This document shows, in pieces, positions 10,166 to 22,180 of a stretch of DNA of 33,063 nucleotides (positions within the stretch are counted from its first letter, which is position 1; each line of letters begins with the position of its first letter). The stretch spans positions 141,336,166 through 141,369,228 of the forward strand of contig NC_068983.1 in NCBI RefSeq assembly GCF_001194135.2. Reading direction: 5' to 3'. Source of the stretch: Octopus bimaculoides. Its lineage: Eukaryota. Under the pieces are notes generated by a model. The model saw only the letters and a list, made by a program, of their open reading frames with translations. It did no database searches and was not told the DNA's origin. A program made the translations under genes and the position numbers.

Positions 10166-10799
10166 AATTAGCCTGTTTCACTGCATCAGCATTAGTAATG
10201 AAGTGATTTTCTTCTAACAGCTTCAACCCATTTAAACTGAAGACAGCTGTAATATACCACAATAGTAGTAAATATAATGGTTAATGCAAAAATTTGAAGT
10301 AGCAATTATATTGCTAAACACTTTAATTGGACTACCACTATGCTTCATGACTGTGCAGATCAGTATCTATTCATAATGCAAGAAATGCTCAACTTGTATG
10401 TTTATTCATAATGCAAGAAATTTAATGAAAACATCAGAATGAAAAATTGCTGGATAGCATTATTCTCAAGTGTAGAAAAATAAAAAGAGTGAGAATGAAT
10501 GTATTGTATTACAAAAGTTTAGCTGTCAAAATTGAAGGTTACATTATGTATGAGATTGCTTAATTTGGAATCCAACTGATAATGAAATCAACTGCTGTGA
10601 ATATTAAGTTTCAAACATATATGATCCATACAAAGTTGGATAAATGGACCTGAAGGTTTAGTTAACTTGCATAATAATAGCAGAAATTCGCAAATGATAT
10701 CAGACATTATCTTTCACTTTCTACTCGTTTCAGCCATTGGACTGTGGACATGCTGGGGCACCGATTTGAAGGGTTTAGTCAAACATATCAACCGCACTA

Positions 10800-11103
10800 C
10801 TTATTTTTTTTTTCTTGCTCACTCAAAGATTTTTATAAAAATTGGACAAAAAAATGCAAAAGCTGCAGGAAAAATAACATCATTAAGGGAATTTCCATTC
10901 AAACGCCCAATTGAGCTCACAAAAATCAATGCCAACTAAGCATTATTGAGTTTTCGAAAAATTCCAGCCTTATTTGAACTTTAGAGCATGTGATCTACTT
11001 ATGTGCCAAAAATCATTAAAATCAGTTGGACGGTGTGGGAGGAGATAGAGTAACCCCAAACACACACACAGACAGACACCATTACACATTAATGCATATA
11101 GAT
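10800..11103. mobile_element. Possible non-autonomous Helitron/Helentron-like (HINE/Lep1-type) fragment
   Basis: Ends in ccaaaaatcattaaaatcagttggacggtgtgggaggagataga...acagacagacaccattacacattaat..tatagat, a layout reminiscent of such elements. Recognised from memory only. Confidence 0.35.
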
Positions 11104-11114
11104 ATACAAATATA

Positions 11115-11990
11115 TCATCATCATTTAACGTCCACTTTCAGTACTGGCATGGGTTGGACGGTTTGACTGAGGGCTGGCACGCAAGAAGGCTGCACCGAGC
11201 TCCAATCTGATCTGACAAAGTTTCTACAGCTGGATGCCTTTCCTAATGCCAACCACTCTGAAAGTGTTGTGGGTGCTTTTTAAGCACTAGCAGCATGAGG
11301 GCCAGTCAGGCGCTACTGGCATCGACCACGCTTGGATGGTGCTTTTTACGTGCCACCAACATAGAAACCAGTCAGGTGGCACTGGCAACAACCACACTCA
11401 AATGGTGCTTTTTACGTGCCACCGGCACAGGACCAGTCGGGCTGTACTGGCATCAGCCACACACAAATGGTGCTTTTTATGTGCCAATCAGGCGGAACTG
11501 TCATCAGCCACAACATTGACTTCACTTGACTCAACAGATCTTCGCAAGTGCAGTTTATTGCTCAATGATTGAAGGGTACTCTTAAATGAGCCAGTTATGA
11601 TCTCACTTGGCTTACCAAGTCTTCTCAAGCACAGCATATCTTCAAAGGTCTCGGTCACTTGTCATCACCTCCATGAGGCCCAATGTTTGAAGGTCGTGTT
11701 TCACCACCTAATCCCAGGTCTTCCTGGGTCTACCTCTTCCACAGGTTCCCTCTATTGCTAGGGTGTGACACTTTTTTATACAGCTGTCCTCATCCATACA
11801 CAACACATGACCATACCAGTGCAGTCATCTCTCTTGCACACCACATCTGATGCTTCTTATGTCCAACTTTTCTCTCAGAGTGCTTACACTCTGTTGTGTA
11901 TGCACACTGACATTACACATCTAGCAGAACATAGTAGCTTCATTCCTTGCAAGCTTACATGTCCTCAGCAGTCACAGCCCATGTTTCACT
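11115..11990 (-). mobile_element. 5'-truncated RTE-clade LINE remnant with minisatellite 3' UTR and (GAT)n tail
   Basis: The - strand of about 11640-11990 encodes the decayed RT C-terminus (LRWYGHV, GRGRPRKTW-like). About 65-bp tandem units at 11336/11402/11467 and the family terminal segment at 11115-11290. Confidence 0.8.
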
Positions 11991-12059
11991 GCCATGTAGC
12001 ATGGCCGTTCACTCACATGCGTCATACAGTCTACCTTTTACTCTTAGTGAGTATATATG

Positions 12060-12190
12060 ACAAGTTTCTTTCAGTTTCCGGTCAGTCTGGGGTTATGATA
12101 AAAGACACTTGCCTAAGGTGCTACACAGAGAGACTGAAGCAAGAGCCATGTGGTCTAGAAGGAAATTTCCTACTACAAAGCCACACCTAT
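12060..12190 (-). mobile_element. tRNA/CORE-like SINE, family C, degenerate
   Basis: tttctttcagtttcc...aagacacttgcctaaggtgc...ccatgtgg..aagccacacc is the reverse of the copies at 26815-27150. Confidence 0.7.
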
Positions 12191-12357
12191 GTCCTACATG
12201 AATTTGATACAGAAAAAGAGTAACAAAGCAACTGCTTGATCTCAAACTACATATATTGTTGGTCAGGTAACTGCCAAACTAATTGCTCTACAGAGAACAA
12301 ACTTCACTTTCCTCAAACTGCCTTTTATCTTTCCATGTTCAATATATAAAGCATCGA

Positions 12358-12757
12358 AGGCGGCGAGCTGGCAGAAATGGTAGCACGCCGGGCGAAATGC
12401 TTAACGGTATTTCGTCTGCCACTGCGTTCTGAGTTCAAATTCCGCCTAGGTCGACTTTGCCTTTCATCCTTTCGGGGTCGATTAAATAAGTACCAGTTAC
12501 GCACTGGGGTCGATATAATCGACTTAATCCGTTTGTCTGTCCGTGTTTGTCCCCTCTGTGTGTAGCCCCTTGTTGTTAGTAAAGAAATAGGTATTTCGTC
12601 TGTCTTTTTGTTCTGAGATCAAATTCCACCAAGGTCAACTTTGCCTTTCATCCTTTCGGGGTCGATAAATTAAGTACCAATTGCATACTGGGGTTGATCT
12701 AATCGACTGGCCCCCTCACCAAAAATTTAGGGTCTTGTGCCTAGAGTAGAAAAGAAC
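12358..12757 (+). mobile_element. Dimeric SINE family B (full monomer plus headless second monomer)
   Basis: The core gtcgactttgcctttcatcctttcggggtcga..aagtacca occurs at about 12450 and again at about 12635. Confidence 0.85.
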
Positions 12758-13954
12758 ATATAAAGCACCAGTTTAGTTGGTGAACTGGCTAAATCTTTCA
12801 AGCATTATATAGGATACTTTGAAGTATTTGTTCTGGTGGATCTTTTTCAATAGTAGTTCAAATCCAACTTTGGCTTTCTTGGGTAGTACACTTAATCTGT
12901 TGCCCCATTGAACACCACCACCTAATACAAGAAAACCTTCAGTTGAAATTCACTCTGTTGTAAGTGTCTGGGTCAAATCTCTCTCATTCAGAAGAATGTT
13001 TAATGTGTCCTTCCTTTTTTAAGGTGACGGAATGCTATAACATGAGATCCAATCAAAGCAGACAGTAGAACATGGTGCAGTCTTCTGACTTGCAAGCTCC
13101 TTTCAAACCATCCAACCCTACCAACATGAAAGGAGGACATTAAATGCTGATCTCATATATTTTCCCCATGTTTTTACAGTTCTGTATTTCAGAGGAGTTG
13201 TTGGATCAAGGTCTTCAAGTATTTGGATGTCTTGTCTTCTAATTCAATTCTAAATCAGGATAGGTTTAGTATTTTTTGCATACGTAACACTTACAACTAA
13301 ATTGGTGTAATTCAGTTTGCAAAATGAAATACTCTGCGAGAAGTGAATTGTAATGAATCTAAACTTTTCCCAAAATGCATCTTATTGTTACTTCCAGCAG
13401 TATTGAAATAGGTTATTCAGCGAACACGGTAAAGCAATCTAAAGTATTAAATGATGAGAATAAAGAAAACTAGAAAAAAAACGAAACACAATTCCTACTC
13501 CAGACACTCGAGAGGGTATCTGTTCCTCTAAGATATTTACTAATTTAAATATATTTCATATAATATCGAGACAGTTATGGTAGAATCGGCTTAAGTTCCA
13601 CTTGAAAATAGAATTATCTCCCTTAGAATTCTAACGGCGCATAACAATTTTCTTAGTCTATATATATATATATATATATATATATCAAAATATTCAAAAT
13701 ATTTCTTTTGATGTATATCATGCCTTGATTCTCTTTTAAGGAAATCTATAGTTACTTTAGTGCTACCTTAATTAATGCAGAGAGCGTCGAAATGCTAATT
13801 AAAAAATATGTGGCAAGACAAGCAATGTTCACTTCAAAGGTTATGTCCACAGTCGAATAAAACAAAGTCAAATTTACGTTCCTAAGATTTTGATTGTATA
13901 NNNNNNNNNNTATTACATTCAATGGTTAGTTAAGTCAAATTAAGATGGCATAAG

Positions 13955-14170
13955 ACACCATTTCGAGCGTGGCCGTTTTCGTGTGGGTGACACGTAAAAG
14001 CACCCACTACACTCTCTGAGTGGTTGGCGTTAGGAAGGGCATCCAGCTGTAGAAACTCTGCCAAATTAGATTGAAGCCTGGTGTTGCCATCCGGTTTCAC
14101 CAGTCCTCAGTCAAATCGTCCAACCCATGCTAGCATGGAAAGCGGACGTTAAACGATGATGATGATGATG
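13955..14170 (+). mobile_element. RTE 3'-terminal fragment (short dispersed repeat, family D)
   Basis: gagtggttggcgttaggaagggcatccagctgtagaaactctgcc...catgctagcatggaaagcggacgttaaacgatgatgatgat; the same sequence ends the RTE at 29688-31098. Confidence 0.88.
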
Positions 14171-14913
14171 AAGACTGCCAGGATTATATCTCGCCATTCT
14201 TGTAAGAGGTTATATGGAAGTAGCTGCCAGCGATCCGTAACTGCAAACATTCTGTTTTTGTTCTTTCTTCGAGGATTTACATAGTTTTATAATGAAATTC
14301 CATCCAATTAATAATTTTAACAGTTTATGTCTGCTGCAATTATGGAAAAAACACATATTTCACTAACTTTTTCTATGAAGAATTCTAAAGTGGCAAAGTA
14401 GATTTTGCACCGAAATGTATAACTATTTCAAATGTAATGATTTTTTTCCCATTCTTTATGAGAAAATATAAAATACGACAATGTAAAAATTTGTCTAATT
14501 TGGTGAATTTCTTTTCTCATAAAAATACTTCAGATACCTTAAATATCAAAACTTAGCAACCGTTTAATAAGATTTCTCTCCCTTGACTAAGAGTTAGGTC
14601 CCTTTGATCAAGTTTTTTTTTAATAACTCTTGTATGAAAAGCTTTTCCACGTTAACAATTCTACTCGGTAGGGTTTTTCCCATGGATTTCAAATATATAC
14701 AGCTATTTCTTAAAATCGGATACTTTCTGCGTTATTATTCATTCTGTAATTATATTTATTTTAATTCTTAGGTAAAGAGTATTAGGATTTAATATGAAAC
14801 TATATACAATACCTATTGTGTGCACCAACCACGTTTTAGATTAATAATCTAAGTTTTGACATGACCAGCAAATCTAAGTCGATAACATCGACCTGAATAT
14901 TTGACTGGTACTT

Positions 14914-15230
14914 ATAACTTTTAGGAAAATTGGGTTTTTTCAATGAAATTTTATAAAAATACTAGTCATACGGCATACATTACGATTATAAAGACATTTG
15001 TGGGGGAAATCTTTCCCAAGGGGGTGTGGAGAGGCCTTCAGAAAATTCACAAAAACTGAGTTTTTCCCTCATAACTTTTAGGAAAATGGAATTTTTTCAA
15101 TGAAATTTTATAGAAATACATTTCAAACTGCATAAATTACGATTATAAAGTAATTTGTAGGAAAAATCTTTTCCAAAGAGTGGGAAGTGGACTTCGTAAA
15201 ATTCGCAAGATCCAATGTTTTCCCTCATAA

Positions 15231-15232
<2 letters not shown>
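14914..15232 (+). repeat. Two tandem about 157-bp units
   Basis: ataacttttaggaaaa..ttcaatgaaattttata...ttacgattataaag..tttg...ttttccctc starts at 14914 and 15071, with a third start (ataact) at 15227. Confidence 0.85.
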
Positions 15233-15262
<30 letters not shown>

Positions 15263-15267
<5 letters not shown>

Positions 15268-15630
15268 GTGTACATTTATACACAAAGAGGCAAGCCTTAA
15301 CAGGTTGCCTAACATACTAGAAAGAATAGTCAAAAAGTCCAAACCACAGTTAAGAGCAATTTCGAAGGGAATGAAAAATAAAAACATTTAGCATGTTTTA
15401 CAGCCGGACCTCAGGTTTCGAACTTTAATTAGCAAATAAAATAATTTGCAAGGTAAAGTTCTCATCAGCAGACACACCAAAACATTTACTTATAAATTAG
15501 AGCCCAAATAACACGTGTCTCATCCTTATATATTATAATTTTTCAAATCCACCACGCAAGCGCAGTTTAAATTGGCAGCAAATAAAAAGTCCGATTAAAC
15601 TTCAGAAATTGCTAAAATCATTTCTTAAAA
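15263..15630 (-). mobile_element. Probable Penelope-like element terminal-repeat (pLTR) fragment
   Basis: Abuts a (TA)n run, contains a hammerhead-like core and has a tatataagg motif upstream on the - strand. The assignment is inferred from the ribozyme motif; no RT or GIY-YIG sequence is seen. Confidence 0.5.
15395..15475 (-). ncRNA. Type I hammerhead ribozyme-like motif
   Basis: The - strand reads gtctg CTGATGA [GAACTTTA cctt GCAAAT tatttt ATTTGC taat TAAAGTTC] GAAA CC tga GG TC cggctg. All core boxes are intact, stem II is 8+6 bp, stem III is minimal and stem I is weak. Confidence 0.65.
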
Positions 15631-15637
15631 TTAATAT

Positions 15638-15800
15638 GGGGTAGGGAAAGATTTTCCCCACAAATTACTTTATGGTCGTAATGTATACCGTTTCAAAGGT
15701 ATTTATATAAAATTTCATTGAAAAAAAACCATTTTCATAAAAGTTATGAGGAAAAAGCTCGGATCTTGTGAATTTTCCAAAGTCCTCTCCTCATCCTCCC
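15638..15800 (-). repeat. Inverted, circularly permuted copy of the 157-bp unit
   Basis: Reverse complement contains ttcctcataacttttatgaaaatgg..ttcaatgaaattttata..acattacgaccataaagtaatttgtggggaaaatctttccc. Confidence 0.85.
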
Positions 15801-15894
15801 GTTGCTTTGTGTGAATTTGACTAACTGATATACTAGAACACACTTGCCCAACTGCTACGCAGTGCGATGAACCTTATATATATATGTACGTACA

Positions 15895-16020
15895 TACAAT
15901 GGGTTGCTGAAAAGTTCTTAGCTTTGGGTGAAAGAAAAAATAGAGAAGGATCAGTTAATTATGATTTTATTCAACATATTCTCATCACAGATTCATACAC
16001 CTATTGCAGCAGTCCTTCAG
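15895..16020 (+). mobile_element. mariner-like terminal fragment
   Basis: tacaatgggttgctgaaaagttc...gattttattcaacatattc resembles a mariner left end. Confidence 0.5.
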
Positions 16021-16047
16021 ATTTCATATATATGTATATACACACAC

Positions 16048-16200
16048 TCTTGGAGTGGTTAGCGTTAAGAAGGGCATCCAGCCGTAGAAACTCTGCCAAA
16101 TCATATTGGAGCCTGGTGTAGCCATCCGGTTCACCAGTACTCAGTCAAATCGTCCAACCCATGCTAGCATGGAAAGCGGACGTTAAATGATGATGATGAT
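16048..16200 (+). mobile_element. RTE 3'-terminal fragment (family D)
   Basis: Closely matches 14015-14170 and ends in gatgatgatgat. Confidence 0.88.
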
Positions 16201-17553
16201 AATATATATATACATATATATAGAGAGAGATTGATTGATTTGCTTTGTCCATCACAGTAAAAATGATCTTGAAAACATTTTGTCTATGTTTGTACGTGCC
16301 GGATCCTGTACTTACACCAATTCAGCTCTCTCATGCATTCCCAACATTTCATCTCCTTAACAGCCTTCCCTCCTAGGCACATATTACATCCTCAATTTTT
16401 TACTCCCATCTGTTACCAGTCATCTTCCCATTTCCCCACCAATCACCTTCTTCCTGTGTCTTCATTCATCTCTCCCTTCCCTCAACTCCTCTTATATATC
16501 TGCCACAGCTCTGTACTAACTATAACTACACTCACTCCTTGAGTTTGCTCTGGTATCCTATCACTTTCTTTTCTTCTCAGCTATTCTCACTCACCCTTAT
16601 ATGAGGCAGCCATGTATCTTCCCTAGAGCAAGACACTCACACTCATTCCCTATAACAAGACACCCGCATTTGTCTCTCTATCCACCTCCATCCCTTCTTA
16701 AATAGTCACCCACTTAATTGAAGGGGCTTCTGAATTTTTTTTGTTCTTTACCTGTCTTGAAAGTTACTGTAAAGTTGACATTAAATAGGGCATCCAGCCA
16801 CAGCAACTATGACAAAGCTTACAATGGAACTCAATGCAGCCTTGTGACTTATTGAATCCTGTGAAACCATCCAACCCAAGGTTGTATCGAAAACAGACAT
16901 CAAATGATGCCATTACTGACTGAGCCATAAAAAAGATGAATTGGTAAATTTGGAAGCGTGAATCCAACAGAACATTGTAAGTGATATGTAAAATAGAGGC
17001 AAAAATATTGAGAAAAAGAACAAGATACAACTTTTTGCCGAAATTTATTATAAAAATAATATGTATATACATATTTAGGAATCTTATTGGTTTATACATT
17101 TGTAGTAGACAGGAAATAGCAAACATTCCTGATTTGTTTTAAAAGCATTTGTTAAGATGCATCAGTAAAGTGGCCCCAAATAGGAGTCAAAATTTGGTCT
17201 GGAAACTTGGTTTTCTAAGAAATTAGTGTTGCAGTATAGAACTTACCACCAACTACAGACGCTGCTACAGATGTATGTGTGTGTGCATGTGCTCGTGCAT
17301 GCACATTAGCTCTGGTGTCTTTTTTTTTTAAACAAACCAGAGACTCTGATTTTGCAAACCTACAATCAAAAGCATTTCTACCTTGACCAACCAATCTTGC
17401 ATTTAAAACATTTTTTTTCAGTATTCAAGAGTCTAATATTACATTTTCCAAAATAATCATATTCTTATTTGGGTTTTTTTTCTTATAAAACGTAAGGTAT
17501 GACTTAAAGAAAACTTGGTTCCTATTTCTATCATGTTGAGTGATGATCTAGAG

Positions 17554-17791
17554 CAGTGTTTGTCAACTATTTTTGATTGCTATTTTACTCGGATGGATCC
17601 TCCTAGACATTCAGTATTTAAAAAATTGTATTATATTTTGATCATTAAATACTATTAGGAACTATATGAAAAAAATTGTTAAAATATATTGTGTGTTGTA
17701 GAAGAATAACCAATGTATTGCACATAAATTTTAACAACAAAACCTTATATGGACCTCCAGGAGCTATATGGATCCTGGTCAAGAACAACTG
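17554..17791. mobile_element. hAT (Charlie-like) MITE
   Basis: Termini cagtgtttgtcaac and gtcaagaacaactg; 8-bp flanks atctagag (17546-17553) and atctaagg (17792-17799) match at 6 of 8 positions. Confidence 0.7.
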
Positions 17792-18984
17792 ATCTAAGGT
17801 TTCCCTGTTGCTTCAATGTTTGCTAATGATAATACGAGGTCTTTAAAGTTTTATACAGTTTCTTAAGAACAGTGTGTTAAGAATCCAGCACATTCTTCTT
17901 TGCATGGAAATTACACACAGTTAATATTATACAGATGGTAGTTTAATAGCTCTATATGTTACCAGTATACCTAGATATGTTGAATCCAGTACCACTAGCT
18001 ATAATACTAAAGTTAGCTGATTTTGTTTTTTTACAAACACATTCACCCATGTGCACTTTCTCAAGTGAGCAGTATAAGAGCTATTACCAGCTAAAGTAAC
18101 CTACTGAAAACTCTCACCCAAATGCATGAATATATATCCACCTACCAATCATGTAGTTTACCAAGAACTTCTGTCACTGGAAATAAAATATTAATATAGA
18201 GAAAAGGTGTCTGAGGTGGGTAGCAAACATAACATTCTGAAACACTGGATAGGGATAACCAGGTGCACTGTCTGAAACACTCTGGATTATTTCAGAACAA
18301 TTGGTAGACAGAATGGGTGGGGGAAAAAGACTGGATAAACAAGGCCCTTCAAGAGATATGAAGTTTTGGAAATTAAGGTAAACCATATAGCATCAAGTCT
18401 GAGAGAGAAGACAACTCTCATAGATGCAAGGGATGGAAACAGACACACTGAGTAGACTTAGTGGTATTGATTAGCAAAAGTAAGGAACAGCAGACAGATG
18501 GAAGACAGCTTGATGGTATGCAAATGTTGAGTAGTCTGCTAATGAGTACAGGTTTGTGTATCAGCTGGGTGATTTGTTCTGCTTGGATGTAGTCTAAAAC
18601 ATCTGTGTGAATCTATGATATTTAACTTTACAGCAGAAAAGATTAGTTGGTAGTAACTGCCTACAGAAGCTGTCTGCAGCTGTAGTCTTTAAAACATGTA
18701 ACTCAGACAACAGAATTTACAACTAGACTGGGTGGTGTTTTTAGTGCATCGTGGTTTGCTATTAATACTTAATTCTTGTATACAGTAAGGATAAATATGT
18801 ATGTGAAATGAGCTGACATTTTCTTTTAAAGACAGTATTTTCTCTTTCATGCTTTACCTCAGACTGAAGGCAATTTTCTCACATCAAAAGAGAAAAACAA
18901 ATTAACAAAGAACCCCTCATTCTGTCTGGCAATTTGGTTTAACTGCCTTCAATGGGTTATAAATATTTTGTGCTGGAATGTCAA

Positions 18985-19023
18985 TCAATCAAGGTTATCT
19001 AACTGCTTCTGTATGGTTTCAAG
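18985..19023 (-). CDS. COMMD10: COMM domain-containing protein 10, last coding exon (LETIQKQLDNLD*)
   Basis: Acceptor ttatttttcag; 39 nt ending in TGA at 18987-18985; matches the COMMD10 C-terminus LETIQAQLDSLT. Confidence 0.92.
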   Translation of the reverse strand, partial: LETIQKQLDNLD

Positions 19024-19329
19024 CTGAAAAATAACAAAATGGAAAACAGAAATTAATAAATCAATATTAACATTTGATAAACTTGGTTTATAGGGAAAAT
19101 AACTATGGATGAGATATCAAACTTCTTGTTGGAGAGTGAGGAAGTCATATCTCTTGCAAGAATTTCATTGTTCTCTTCGTCACAGGACACCTAATTTCAC
19201 ATGCTGACCTGCCAACTTTCATTATTCTAAATTGAAGGAGATGGGTGTAACAGCACTTTGAACACAACCTACTACATACTGCTTGTCACAGCTGACTAGT
19301 TTGCAGAATGTAGTCAGGACATGATGGCA

Positions 19330-19955
19330 ATTTGGAAGCTTGCTATGCAATAAAGCTTAATTGTTAAACTGGGTAAAAACACTACAGAAACTTATGAAAT
19401 GTTTCAGAGCGATTATGGATTCACTTGAATGAACCAAGCAACTGTGTTTTGCTGGCATAAGCAAACAGGTAAAGCAAGTCCACAGGAAATCTCAAGATAA
19501 TCCTTTTATTTATTCATTTTTTGACAGCAAGTGCATCATCTACATCCACTGAGTTCCCTTTGGCAAGACAGTCAATAAATACTACTTTGTAGAGCTTTTG
19601 AGGAGTTTAGGGAGAGATTTCATCACTAAAGGCTAGAGCACTTGTACCAGAACAATGCACCAATTCACAATTCCATCTTGGTAACCAACTACTTCACAAA
19701 GCTGGACTTCAAAACTGTTCCTCATCTCCCTACAGTCCACAATCTACTCCCTGTGACTTTTCATTCTTCCCCAAGCTGAAGGAGATGATGAAAGAAGCTG
19801 TGACAAGGGTCCTGGACACCTTCATGGAACCTTGTTAAAGTGACTGGAATGCTACAAGTGCATTGAAGTCAGAGAATCGTACTTCAAAGAAGAGAATCTT
19901 GTACTTCTTTGAAATAAATGTCTTGCATGAAGAAGTCTCAAAACTTCTGCAATGC
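19330..19955 (+). mobile_element. Decayed mariner transposase remnant in the last COMMD10 intron
   Basis: VKLGKNTTETYEMFQ (HTH region, about 19365), NNAPIH (HDNA-like, about 19650) and HLPYSP..L.PCDF..FPKLK (YSPDLAP motif, about 19720-19780); right-end-like gaagtctcaaaacttctg. Heavily deleted. Confidence 0.8.
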
Positions 19956-20162
19956 ACCTTGCACATGGAGATGTTATCTACATACTAAATAACAGTTGAG
20001 TTAATGCTCTAATGGTTCTGTTAGCTCACCGCTCTAATAATACCATTAATGCTCTTACAACAGGGTACAGATTTGTAAAAGCTGTCCATAGGGTACAAAA
20101 CTAATTCCAAAGTATACACCATACATTTATTTCAATGGGGAAAAAAAGATCTATTAACATAC

Positions 20163-20222
20163 CTGGTTATAGAAAGTATACAGTTCCTGGTGTGAAAATT
20201 CTAATTGTAGTTTTTCAGCATT
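20163..20222 (-). CDS. COMMD10: COMMD10 coding exon (NAEKLQLEFSHQELYTFYNQ)
   Basis: tctttttcag acceptor, 60 nt, CAG|gtatgt donor; COMM-domain EFSHxEL..FYN motif. Confidence 0.95.
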
Positions 20223-20478
20223 CTGAAAAAGAGAGTGGAAATGACAAGTTATAATCAGAATGATATGAAGCTTTTTGTGATTATATATTGTAACAAAGTT
20301 TCAAAACCAGAAAAAAATCTCTGAATATTCATCAGATAGTAAGATATAATCATATATTCTGTATATCCTTAGAGCTCAATGGGGATTTTTCAGATAAGTA
20401 GCTGTCTTTTACCATGATAATTATCCAGAGATTTTCCAGGATAGCAAATTCATGTCAAAATGTATAATCAATAATAGG

Positions 20479-20519
<41 letters not shown>

Positions 20520-21069
20520 NNNNNNNNNNNNNNNNNNNNNNNNNNNNNNNNNNNNNNNNNNNNNNNNNNNNNNNNNNNNNNNNNNNTCAGAACATTTCCT
20601 GTGGTAATAACAAAAAAAAAAAAAGACTAAGGCTGGTGGTGTCACATTGCTGAGACAAGGATTACAGAGTTGAAGCAAGAAAGACAAAGCAAATTAGACT
20701 CACTTTTGAACCTGGTCAAGGAGATCCAAGTGACAAGCTGGTGTGACTGCCCAAATATAACAATATTTCATACAAGGACAAATTGGATTAGGATGGAATG
20801 AATTAAGATGGATTGCTCAGTATTGATCTTATAAACCAAATAGGTGTTGAGACAAACAGAAGAGTGTTTAAGATATAACAATATCTAAGAAAGTTTTGTG
20901 AAGAGATAATGATAGACTAGCCTGAAGAAAATTAGTCCACACAAACATGGACAAAAGATCAGGGTTTGTGGAAAGATATTGTGTTGTTTATGCTTGAAAA
21001 TTAATGCTAAAAGCAGTAAAAGAGACATAATGATGATGAAAATTATAATAACGATACAAATAATGATAC

Positions 21070-21180
21070 CTGTTTGCCTTCTCGGTTTATCTTCAGTTCA
21101 AACATTGCATTAGGTTGTTTCATTTTTGATCGACTACCATTGGCCATCTCCAAGTTGAGCCGCCAGTTGATGGCATTCAA
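21070..21180 (-). CDS. COMMD10: COMMD10 coding exon (LNAINWRLNLEMANGSRSKMKQPNAMFELKINREGKQ)
   Basis: tttgctag acceptor, 111 nt, CAG|gtatca donor; COMM-domain WRLNL motif. Confidence 0.95.
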
Positions 21181-22096
21181 CTAGCAAATTGAACCACAGA
21201 ATGAAATAAAATAAAGAAATATTTTAATAATATAAAAGAAATTTCTTCAAACTTGATATGTAATTTTTACGAGTCTGTTTAGTCTAGACTGAAAATGAAT
21301 TTACCAATTGTTTACATGATGACAATGAAAAAGCTGAAAGACTAATAGGAATCAGTTACTTGAATGAACTGATTTAATATCCTTTTTACATAGTTTAGTC
21401 AAAGAAAGTGGGACAGACTCATGATGTAAGCAAAATCTAAGAGACTGTGATATAGGAAAGGGGAAATATATATTACAGTTTATGGGTTGCTGCTAACCAT
21501 AACTTTGAAATCTCTAGAAGTTGGCAGCCTCTCAACATATTGTACTATCTGAGACATCAGTCTCAAATTAGAGGGAAAAAAACAGGATTATCTACAAGGA
21601 AATATGGCAACATCTTATAATGTTATTCATGAAGCAGTATTTCTACAAGATCTGGTGGCAAGCCTATGTCAGAAAGTCACTTCCTCATCATGTACCTTTT
21701 AACAAACAGGAGTACTCAGCAAAAGAGGATGTTTAAAGAGCATTCCATTAAAATCACATATTATACTCAGGCTAGAAACTTGGTCTGAATACTTGCAACA
21801 GATCACACTTCATTAAAGACTAAGGCTAGTGGTGATGTCTTAAGCTGAACAATGGATTAGATCTTGCACCTCAAAAAAATAAAGGAAGGAAATTCTTAAG
21901 GTACTGACCCAGTGAAAGTTGAAAAGAAAAATCATAAGAACAATAGGGTCTTAGGAATGAGATAAACACAAATACCCTAAATCATCATTATCACCGTTTA
22001 ACATCCATGTTAAATGGCGATAGAGGTAGAATAACAACAACAAAGATAATAACATTAATGATACAAGTGTCAAATAGTATGACCTCAAATGCATAC

Positions 22097-22180
22097 CTGA
22101 TCTGGTACCAGTGTTCTTTGTCTTAACTTCTGAAGTATTTCCTTGGCATGCGTTGACCATGCCTCAACAATCGCCTGTAT
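22097..22180 (-). CDS. COMMD10: COMMD10 coding exon (IQAIVEAWSTHAKEILQKLRQRTLVPDQ)
   Basis: ttggtttcag acceptor, 84 nt, CAG|gtatgc donor. Confidence 0.93.

Noticed and set aside
11290-11490. CRISPR-like pattern: atggtgctttttacgtgcca repeated at about 65-bp spacing (similar units at 30680-30930 and 32760-33050)
   Set aside because: The intervening sequences are homologous to each other and the array lies in an RTE 3' UTR, so it is a minisatellite in eukaryotic DNA.
11765-12223. 152-aa plus-strand ORF
   Set aside because: It is the antisense reading of a decayed RTE plus a SINE, with no protein-like motifs.
17230-17290. Strong minus-strand donor-like GTG|GTAAGT near 17246
   Set aside because: No good acceptor or coding-like frame upstream, and it lies downstream of the COMMD10 stop.
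20290-20340. Minus-strand CTGATGA...GAAA in a COMMD10 intron (other CTGATGA hits at 1296, 2837 and 25642)
   Set aside because: Stem II is not closed next to the core and stem I does not pair; the other hits lack a correctly placed GAAA.
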